In this document: piece by piece, positions 55,907 through 64,000 of the stretch
Layout: every line of letters begins with the position of its first letter
Position numbering within the stretch: position 1 is the stretch's first letter
Origin: Deinococcus sp.
Lineage (GTDB): Bacteria > Deinococcota > Deinococci > Deinococcales > Deinococcaceae
NCBI GenBank assembly: GCA_965261005.1
Contig: OZ253375.1
Location: 512,001-576,000, forward strand
Direction: 5' to 3'
DNA length: 64,000 nucleotides
The notes under the pieces: generated by a model
Told to the model about the DNA's origin: nothing
Databases searched by the model: none
What the model saw: the letters and a program-made list of their open reading frames with translations, nothing else
Program-made: the position numbers and the translations under genes

Positions 55907-55983
55907 ATCGCGCACGAGTGTAGCACGGGCAACTTGAGCCTCATGAACCCCCGCTGACGCGTCTGAGCGCCTAGAATCACCAC

Positions 55984-56610
55984 ATGCTGGTACGCGACTG
56001 GATGACCCCGGAGCCCACCACCGCCACCCCCGACACGCCGGTGCTGGACGCCCTGCGCCTGCTGAGGGAAAAGGGCTTTCGCCGTTTGCCGGTGATGGAC
56101 GGCGCCCGCCTCACGGGCATCGTCACGCGCAAGGACCTCAAGGACGCCACGCCCAGCCAAGCGACTACCCTGAGCGTGTGGGAACTGTCCGCCCTACTGT
56201 CCAAGCTGACCGTCGGCGAAATCATGGCGCGCCCGGTCGTGACCGCCAAGGAGGAGGAGTACATGGAGGACGCCGCCCTCCGAATGCAGGAGCGCGGCGT
56301 GGGCGGGTTGCCGGTGCTCGGGGAAGGCGGCCAATTGAGCGGCATCATCACCGTCAGCGACGTGCTGCGCGCCTTTACAGAGATCATGGGCCTCAGGGAA
56401 GGTGGCAAGCGCCTCACCTTCGATTTGCCCGACGTGCCGGGCAGCTTGGCGCGGGCCACGGCGGCGGCGGCCCCCAGCAACATCATCTCGCTCGCGACGG
56501 CCGGGCGCGTCGGCGGCCACCGCCGCTTCGTGATGCGCGTGGTCGGCGAGGACGCGGCGGGCGCGGCGGCGCGGGCGCGGGCGGCGGGGCTTGAGGTCGT
56601 GGAGGAGTAG
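55984..56610 (+). CDS. CBS-domain protein (AcuB-like)
   Basis: [13 protein letters not shown], tandem CBS domains, ACT-like C-terminus. Confidence 0.88.
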   Translation: MLVRDWMTPEPTTATPDTPVLDALRLLREKGFRRLPVMDGARLTGIVTRKDLKDATPSQATTLSVWELSALLSKLTVGEIMARPVVTAKEEEYMEDAALRMQERGVGGLPVLGEGGQLSGIITVSDVLRAFTEIMGLREGGKRLTFDLPDVPGSLARATAAAAPSNIISLATAGRVGGHRRFVMRVVGEDAAGAAARARAAGLEVVEE

Positions 56611-56642
56611 GAACCTGCTTCTGGGAAGGGTGAACACCTGAC

Positions 56643-57380
56643 TTAACGCTGTGCTGAGTTCAGGTCGGGAGCGTCCTCCACCCTCAGCCGCTCCACCTCG
56701 ATCTCGCCGTGCACCTCCGCCTGATGAACTGCGAACTCCCCCGTCTTGACCCCTTCCAAAAGGGCCGCAAAGTAGGTGCCGCGCTCGCCCCAGTCCTGGG
56801 TGGGCACGTGGCCGAAGGTGAAGCGCGTCAGGCGACCGGCGTAGGCGCGCAAGGCCGTCAGGGCGTCGCGCAGGGTCAACCTTTCGCGGGCCAGCAGCGG
56901 CACGCTCACCTCGCGCACGGCGTTTTTGGCGGCGCGCACCAGCTTTGCGAGGCCGTCCGGGGCGGGGGCGGGAACGCGGCGCGGCCAGCCGAGGTCGAGC
57001 GGCGGCGCGGCGATCAGGCCGGCGCGCTCCCTGCGGCGCCCGCTCAGAAAGCTGACCAGCGCGTCCAACTCGGCCAGCGCCGAAACGCCCTGCGCCACCT
57101 CGTCCAAGAAGTCGTCCTCGGGCAGGTCCTCGCTCTCGGGCTGGGGCAGCAGCAAGCGCGCCTTGAGGGCGATCACGCCCGCGAGAACCGGCAAGACCTC
57201 GTGGCCGAGGTCCGCGTGTTCGCTTCGCCATCCCCCAAAGCGTGCCAGCACCCGCCGGGTCAAGTCGAGCAGCGGCACCTCATGGGGCTGCACCCGGCCG
57301 GTTCGCAACGCCCCTGCCAGCTCATCCAAACTGCCCGAAAAGGCGGGCAGTTCCACCAGGAACGGCCCTTCAGCGCTCAC
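56643..57380 (-). CDS. scpA: segregation/condensation protein A
   Basis: LPAFSGSL, LKARLLLP and FAALLE motifs; follows trpS. Confidence 0.8.
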   Translation of the reverse strand: MSAEGPFLVELPAFSGSLDELAGALRTGRVQPHEVPLLDLTRRVLARFGGWRSEHADLGHEVLPVLAGVIALKARLLLPQPESEDLPEDDFLDEVAQGVSALAELDALVSFLSGRRRERAGLIAAPPLDLGWPRRVPAPAPDGLAKLVRAAKNAVREVSVPLLARERLTLRDALTALRAYAGRLTRFTFGHVPTQDWGERGTYFAALLEGVKTGEFAVHQAEVHGEIEVERLRVEDAPDLNSAQR

Positions 57381-57382
57381 GC

Positions 57383-58405
<1,023 letters not shown>

Positions 58406-58448
58406 GGAGAAAGTATAGGGACTGCCCAGACAAAATTTTGTGTTTGCC

Positions 58449-58793
58449 TTATTCGTCCAGTTCGGCCAGAAGTGCTTGTACCGCCTCTTCGAGCGGCCCT
58501 ACCTCGTTTTGCACTACGTCCCACAAAATACGGTCGTCGGTATTGAAGTAGGCGTGGACCAACACGTCGCGCATGCCAGCCATCAACCGCCAAGGCACCT
58601 CCGGGCGGCGTTCGCGAAGTTCCGGGGGCAGGTGCTTGGCCGCCTCACCGATCACCAAGATGTTGCGAATGACGGCGTGAACGACCAGCGGCGTTTCTCG
58701 AAAGGTTGCGTACTCCATACCCTGCGTGTGCTGCCGAATAAACGCCGCCGCGTCCCCGATGTCTTGCAGGTACAAACGCGCCCTACGCGACAC
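58449..58793 (-). CDS. HepT-like HEPN RNase toxin (DUF86)
   Basis: IGEAAK and RDVLVHAY (RX4HXY) motifs; overlaps the MNT gene end. Confidence 0.92.
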   Translation of the reverse strand: MSRRARLYLQDIGDAAAFIRQHTQGMEYATFRETPLVVHAVIRNILVIGEAAKHLPPELRERRPEVPWRLMAGMRDVLVHAYFNTDDRILWDVVQNEVGPLEEAVQALLAELDE

Positions 58794-59070
58794 GCCGTAG
58801 GCCTTTCCGAACTTCATCCTGCAACGCCATCTTGAGGCTTCCCTCTGTGGCGAGGTCCACCGGCCGGGCGAGCCACGCCTCCAAGGCCAGCTTCAAGCCC
58901 ATAAAGGCGCGGAAGGTGTACGCCTCGAACTCGACCAGAAAATCAACGTCGCTGTTTGGGCCGGCGTCGCCGCGCCCCACCGAGCCGAACACGTACAGCC
59001 TACGCACGCCCAGCGCGTCCAGCTCCGGACGGTGCTGCGCCAGAATGGTTCGCACGTCGTCCGCCCGCAT
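58783..59070 (-). CDS. minimal nucleotidyltransferase antitoxin (MntA-like)
   Basis: [19 protein letters not shown] and VDL motifs. Confidence 0.92.
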   Translation of the reverse strand: MRADDVRTILAQHRPELDALGVRRLYVFGSVGRGDAGPNSDVDFLVEFEAYTFRAFMGLKLALEAWLARPVDLATEGSLKMALQDEVRKGLRRVA

Positions 59071-59080
59071 AGGGCACAGT

Positions 59081-60403
59081 CTACAGCCGTACCCTGCGCC
59101 AGCGGCCCGAGTAAAAGCGCAGCGCGTAGGAGAGTGACGCGAAAAAGATGTAAACCAGCGCGGCCAGCCAAGCGCCGGTCACGCCGTAGCGCGGCGCCAG
59201 GTAGCCGGCGCCCAGGACCATCACCAGCCAAGCGCCGCCCAGGGTCACGGCCAGCCGGAAGCGGGTGTCGCCCGCGCCGCCCAGCGCGCCGCCCAGCACG
59301 ATGCCCACACCGTCGAGCAACTGAAAGGCGGCCATCACCGCCAGAATGGCCGTGCCGACGCGCAGCACGCCCTCGTCGCGGTTGAACAGGCCGATCAAGC
59401 CGTGCGGCACGGTCAAAAAAAGAAGGCTCAGGACGCCCATCAAGGCGGCGGCCAGGGCCGCGCCGCGCCAGCCGACCCGCGCCGCCACGTCGGGCAAACC
59501 GGCCCCCAGGGCGCGCGACAGCAAGCTGCCGGTGGCCGCCGCGAGGGCGAAGGCAGGTAGAAAGCCCAAGCTGGCGAGCTGGTTGGCGATCTGCGAGGCT
59601 GCCAGCTCGGTCGCGCCCAGGCGCGAGATGACGCCCTGAAAGGCTGTAAAGGCGCTGACCTCGGCCAGCTCGGTCACGCCGGCCGGCAGGCCCACCCGCG
59701 CGAAGCTGCGCAGCTCGGCCCTGCGCGGGCGCGCGAACCAAAAGCGGCCAAAGTCGGGGCCGTGCAGGCGGCGCAGCAGCACAAAGGCGAGGCCGTTTTG
59801 CACGCTGACCGCGATCAGGCTGGCCCAGGCGGCGCCCACCACGCCCCAACCAAAGCCGAACACGAAGGTGACGGCCAGCGCGGCGTTGAGCAGCATCACC
59901 AGCCAAGCCAGCAGCATGGGGGTGCGGGTGTTGCCCAGGCCCAACATGACGGCCAAGCTGGCGCTGCCCACCAACACCAGCGGCGCCTCGAAGATGCGGA
60001 CGTGGGCGTAGGCGCGCGCCACGTCCGCCACCGCCGGGGCCGGGCGCAGCAGCGCGAACAGGGCGTCCACCAGCCACGGCCCGCAGATAGCCAGCGGCAC
60101 GCCGACCAAGGACAGCCCCAAAAAGACGTTGGCCCAGCGCAGCACCCCGGCGCGGTCACCGCCGCCAAGCGAGCGCGCCACAAAGGTGGCGGCGCTGTTC
60201 AGGCCGCCGCGAAACAGCAGCAGCAGGGTCAGCACGCCGAGGCTCGCAAAACCCACCGCGCCCAACTGCACCACGCCGAGCCGCCCCATGATCAGGGTGT
60301 CGGTGAAGCCCACGGCGGTGTAGGCAAGGTTGGAAAACATCAGCGGCCAAGCCAGCTTAAACAGCTCGCGGGTGCTGCCCTGCGGGGCGGAAGAAGCCTG
60401 CAC
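59081..60403 (-). CDS. MATE-family efflux transporter
   Basis: LAWP...DTLIMGRLG, GNTRTPM and GAGDTR motifs. Confidence 0.92.
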   Translation of the reverse strand: MQASSAPQGSTRELFKLAWPLMFSNLAYTAVGFTDTLIMGRLGVVQLGAVGFASLGVLTLLLLFRGGLNSAATFVARSLGGGDRAGVLRWANVFLGLSLVGVPLAICGPWLVDALFALLRPAPAVADVARAYAHVRIFEAPLVLVGSASLAVMLGLGNTRTPMLLAWLVMLLNAALAVTFVFGFGWGVVGAAWASLIAVSVQNGLAFVLLRRLHGPDFGRFWFARPRRAELRSFARVGLPAGVTELAEVSAFTAFQGVISRLGATELAASQIANQLASLGFLPAFALAAATGSLLSRALGAGLPDVAARVGWRGAALAAALMGVLSLLFLTVPHGLIGLFNRDEGVLRVGTAILAVMAAFQLLDGVGIVLGGALGGAGDTRFRLAVTLGGAWLVMVLGAGYLAPRYGVTGAWLAALVYIFFASLSYALRFYSGRWRRVRL

Positions 60404-60446
60404 GCCGCACGCTAGCACGCCCTGTTTTCAGCTCACCGCCGTTCAC

Positions 60447-61538
60447 TCACTGCTTCTTCTGGGCCTGGTCCAGGTAGTAGGCGCTCGCCTTGTCGCTCGG
60501 GTCAAGGGTGACGGCCTGTTGGTAAGCCAGGGCAGCGCCGGCGTAGTTTCCCTGCTCGTAGCGGGCGCGGCCCAGCCAGGCCCAAGCCTTTTGGTAATAG
60601 CCGTTGGCCGCCGTGGCCGCCGCGAAGCCCCGCTCGGCGGCGGCCTTGTCGCCACCCGTATAGCTGGCGTAGGCGGCCCGAAAGGCTTTGACGGCGTCCG
60701 CGCCGTAGGTGTCGAGTTCGCGGGCGTAGGCCAAGTTGTACTGGTCGGCGGCCGTGAAGCCGGGCTGCCCCGCGATGGCCTCAAAAGCCCCACGCGCGAC
60801 GCCGCTCTGACCGTTTTGCAGCGCGAAGCGGCCCACGAAGCGCTGCGCCTCGGCGAAGTTGGGCGCCAGCTGGGCCGCCCGCTGAAAGTCGGTGTAGGCC
60901 GTGGCGTTGTCGCCGGCCTCAAAGGCGCGGTAGCCGCTGGTAAAGGCGGCGGTGGCCGCCTGACCGTAGGTGCTGGCCCGCTTGGACACGTTCAGAAAGT
61001 ACTGGCTGGTCTTGTCGGCCGGGTCGTACTGCACCGCCAAGCCGTACAGCCCGGCCGCCTTGCCGGGGTTGCCGCTCTCCAGCTCCACCCGGCCGGCCCA
61101 AGCGGCGCAGCGCGCGTCGTTCGCGTAGGTCAGGCAGGTGGCAAAGGCCCCGCGCGCCGCGTCCAGCTGACCCTGTTTGTAGGCCGCGAAGCCCAGGTTG
61201 TACTGCGTCTCGGCGGCCCCCTGTTTCGCCTCCGGGGACGTGCCGCCCGCTTGAAAATAGGCGTTCCAGGCGCTCTCGGCGCGTGCCCAGAAACCGACCT
61301 CGCTGTAGATGCGGGCGCGCAAGAGGAGGGCGTTCTGGTCCGTTGGCGCCGCCTGGACAGCTTGCTCGGCCGCCTTGGCCGCCTGGCCCCAGAGAATCTG
61401 GTCTATGTTCCAGCTGTTTTTGGGATAGGCATTCCTAGCCTGCTGCTCCAGGGCGCTGGCTTGCTGCACGGCCCCCTGCGCGAGGGCGGGGGCGGCGAGG
61501 GCGAGGCTGAGAAGGGGGGCGATGGTGGTGCGAATCAT
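60447..61538 (-). CDS. secreted tetratricopeptide repeat protein
   Basis: AGGAGG RBS, signal peptide, repeated TPR-like helices. Confidence 0.85.
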   Translation of the reverse strand: MIRTTIAPLLSLALAAPALAQGAVQQASALEQQARNAYPKNSWNIDQILWGQAAKAAEQAVQAAPTDQNALLLRARIYSEVGFWARAESAWNAYFQAGGTSPEAKQGAAETQYNLGFAAYKQGQLDAARGAFATCLTYANDARCAAWAGRVELESGNPGKAAGLYGLAVQYDPADKTSQYFLNVSKRASTYGQAATAAFTSGYRAFEAGDNATAYTDFQRAAQLAPNFAEAQRFVGRFALQNGQSGVARGAFEAIAGQPGFTAADQYNLAYARELDTYGADAVKAFRAAYASYTGGDKAAAERGFAAATAANGYYQKAWAWLGRARYEQGNYAGAALAYQQAVTLDPSDKASAYYLDQAQKKQ

Positions 61539-61631
61539 GGGTTCCTCCTGCTTTTTTTAGACAAGCACGCCGGCATGAAGAGATGCTCGATATGGCCGGC
61601 CGGTCGTTGAAGCGCCCCTAGAATAAGCGCC

Positions 61632-62516
61632 ATGCCGCGCCACGCTTTGGGCCTCACGCTGCTGATCGCGGTCACGGCCATCTGGGGCAGCACCTTCGCG
61701 GTGGTCAAGACCGCCACCGAGACGTTGTCTCCCAGCGCGCTGGTCGCGTGGCGCTTCACGCTGGGGACGGCGGCGCTGCTGCCGCTGCTGGGGGTGGGGC
61801 GGGGCCGCTTCAGACCGAACAGCGCTTTTTGGCGCGACAGCCTGATCCTTGGGCTGTGGTTGGTGGCCGGCTACGCCACCCAGACGCTGGCCCTGGGGGT
61901 GACCAGCGCCAACCGCGCCGCCTTTTTGACCGGCTTGAGCGTCGTGATGGTGCCGCTGTGGCTGGCCCTGACCGGAAACCAGAAACCGGGAATCAGGCTG
62001 TGGGGCGCGGTCCTGCTGGCCGCCCTCGGCATCGCGCTCTTGTCTTGGGAAGGGGGGGCGCCGAACGTCGGGGACGCTTGGGCCTTTGCGTGCGCCTTGT
62101 GCTACGCCGGTTACATCCTGGCGCTGGAGGGGGCGGCGCGGCGCTGGCCGCCGCTGCCCTTCACGTGGGCGCAGGTATTGGTCGTGGCGCTGTTGGCCTG
62201 GGTGTGGGCCGCCTTCAGCGGCGCGGCCAGCCTGCCCCCTTCGGGCAGCTGGGGCGCCCTCCTCTACCTGGGCCTGGCCGCCACCGCCGTCACCACCCTG
62301 CTGCAAACGCTGGGGCAGCGCCTCGTGAGCGCCACCGAGGCCGCCGTGCTGTACGCCCTGGAGCCGGTGACCGCCAGCGCGTTCTCGTTCGCCCTGCTGG
62401 GCGAGGTCGTGGGCCGGCGCGGTCTGCTGGGGGGCGCCTTGGTGGTCGCGGCGATGGTCCTCAGCCAGTGGCCGGGGCGGGCGCAGGCGGCCAAGGGGCG
62501 CGGGCTGGCGGAGTAG
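61632..62516 (+). CDS. EamA/DMT family transporter
   Basis: IWGSTF, about 10 TM segments, LEPV. Confidence 0.92.
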   Translation: MPRHALGLTLLIAVTAIWGSTFAVVKTATETLSPSALVAWRFTLGTAALLPLLGVGRGRFRPNSAFWRDSLILGLWLVAGYATQTLALGVTSANRAAFLTGLSVVMVPLWLALTGNQKPGIRLWGAVLLAALGIALLSWEGGAPNVGDAWAFACALCYAGYILALEGAARRWPPLPFTWAQVLVVALLAWVWAAFSGAASLPPSGSWGALLYLGLAATAVTTLLQTLGQRLVSATEAAVLYALEPVTASAFSFALLGEVVGRRGLLGGALVVAAMVLSQWPGRAQAAKGRGLAE

Positions 62517-62518
62517 GA

Positions 62519-63604
62519 TCAGCGGCCCAAACCGGTCTGCTGAATCTCCACGAAGTCGATGGCGCCCCCTTGCGCGCCGGGGGCGGCGCTGATGGTCAGC
62601 AGGCTGGGGCTGCCCAGAAAGCCGCCGACCTGCACCGTGCGCACGGCGCCCTCGGCCCAGCGGCCACCGGAGACTGCTTTGCGGTTGATCACGGCGCGCG
62701 GGCCGCCCTCCCCCGTCACGTTCAGCTGGTACACGCCGCCCGCCGCGCCGGGGTCGCCGGCCACCACGCGCACGTCGTACTGCCCAGTGGGCAGCTCGAT
62801 CTGCCAACTGTTGTCCGGCCCGATCAGCGCCAGCGTGTTGTAGCGGACGTCGGCGCCGGATGCATAAGCGCGGACGCCCGCGGTGTTGTCGCTCTTCCAA
62901 CCGTACTTGAGGCCGCCCCGGTTGCCGAAAACCGCGCCGCCGTCCGCCAGGTAGCCGGCGGGGGCGGGCACGCCGGCGGGCTGAAAGTTGATCTTGACGC
63001 TCAGCAGCTGCTGAACGTCAATCCAGTTGAGGGCGCCCCCCACGGTCGCCGGGCCGCCGCGTACCGTCAGCCGGCCGTCCGTCACCCGCACGGTGGCGGA
63101 GCGGACGCTGGGCGGGCCGCCGGTCCCCACGGCGCCGGTGTCCTGACCTTCGAGCAGCACGTCGGAGACGCCGCCCGCGCCCCGAGCAGCGCCGAGAAAC
63201 TGTACCCGGTAGAGGCCGTTCGGCACGGCGATCTGCCATGCGTTGCCCGGCTCCAAAAGGGCCGAGGTGTCCCCCTCCTGTGCAGACGCCTCTTGCAGGG
63301 ATGCGCCCGGCGCGGCGCGCATGCCGGCGGTGTTGTCGCGCGCCCAGCCGTAGCTGTAGGTCAGGCCGCCTTGGCGCTGCGGGCCGTACGGCCGGCCCAC
63401 GTCGGCCAACTTGTGAAGGTCGGTCAGGTAGCCGCTGGGCAGCAACGACTGGCCGGGCTGAAAGTTCACCCGCGCGTGAAACAGCTCGCCGGGGGCGGTG
63501 GCGTTGGGCGCGGGGGCGGGTTGGGCCGCGCCAGTCGCCGTGGCGCCAACGCCCAAGGCGGCGAGCAGCAGCGCGCGGGCAACATTTAAGCGAAGAGGCG
63601 TCAT
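62519..63604 (-). CDS. secreted protein with two tandem beta-sandwich carbohydrate-binding-like domains
   Basis: Signal peptide; NFQP...GYL.D...YGW..DNTAG...WQI..P.G.Y.V occurs twice. Confidence 0.7.
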   Translation of the reverse strand: MTPLRLNVARALLLAALGVGATATGAAQPAPAPNATAPGELFHARVNFQPGQSLLPSGYLTDLHKLADVGRPYGPQRQGGLTYSYGWARDNTAGMRAAPGASLQEASAQEGDTSALLEPGNAWQIAVPNGLYRVQFLGAARGAGGVSDVLLEGQDTGAVGTGGPPSVRSATVRVTDGRLTVRGGPATVGGALNWIDVQQLLSVKINFQPAGVPAPAGYLADGGAVFGNRGGLKYGWKSDNTAGVRAYASGADVRYNTLALIGPDNSWQIELPTGQYDVRVVAGDPGAAGGVYQLNVTGEGGPRAVINRKAVSGGRWAEGAVRTVQVGGFLGSPSLLTISAAPGAQGGAIDFVEIQQTGLGR

Positions 63605-63670
63605 GCCGCACTGTACCGAACGAAGCTGACGCCATTCCGAAGACTTGCAGCAGGCACACCGGGGTGGAAG

Positions 63671-64000
63671 CTAACCCGCCTGTCCGTGGGCCTCGGACGA
63701 GTCCAGCCGCGGTGGGGCCAGCGTGATAATGGTCGTGCCGCTGGGCAAATCCGGCACCTCCTCCGGCGTGACCTCGAACACGCCCCCGTCGCCGTGCAGC
63801 AGCACGCGGGCGCCGGGGTTGTCGGCCCGGTAGCGCGAAAGCGGGTACTGGTCGGTGACGGTGGTGCGCCGCACCGTTTGGCCGCCCTCGTACTGCTTTA
63901 CGAGGTCGGCGTAGGTGGGATTGCCCTCAAAGGCAATTTTGGCGCGGCGGTCGCGGCCCATCCGGTTGCGCTCGTTCGCGCGGGCGGGCCGCAGCTGATA
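63671..64000 (-). CDS. partial gene, probably the C-terminus of a cation:proton antiporter
   Basis: Open to the window edge; YQL...F...TY..L...Y..G..VRRT.VT..Y pattern recalled from NhaP-type C-terminal tails. Confidence 0.45.
   Translation of the reverse strand, partial: YQLRPARANERNRMGRDRRAKIAFEGNPTYADLVKQYEGGQTVRRTTVTDQYPLSRYRADNPGARVLLHGDGGVFEVTPEEVPDLPSGTTIITLAPPRLDSSEAHGQAG

Overview
High-GC chromosomal window from a Deinococcota genome, most likely Deinococcaceae. Evidence: DUF3248/DUF3809 pair, RpoC with the Deinococcus-Thermus insertion, an RDRM operator upstream of gyrB, a 23S-5S-tRNA-Gly unit without 16S, and many leaderless promoters. Most content is housekeeping: T-box-regulated ileS (type 2, ALHH motif), kynB-kynU, gyrB, tsaB, speA, tRNA-Asp, rpoBC, pgi, trpS-scpA. 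It also has a LacI-regulated beta-glucoside/glucan utilisation cluster (ABC transporter, GH1, GH3, one unclassified clan GH-A enzyme), an intact HEPN/MNT toxin-antitoxin pair and an Xre/MbcA antitoxin whose RES toxin is truncated. The best novel candidate is at about 45155-45533. An unannotated 53-aa basic-plus-hydrophobic peptide gene has a predicted mRNA whose 5' and 3' ends are complementary. It is overlapped by a predicted ~60-nt antisense RNA, which is the architecture of a type I toxin-antitoxin module of no family I recognise. No CRISPR array, integrase or transposase was seen. All product calls come from motif recognition by eye; no searches were run.
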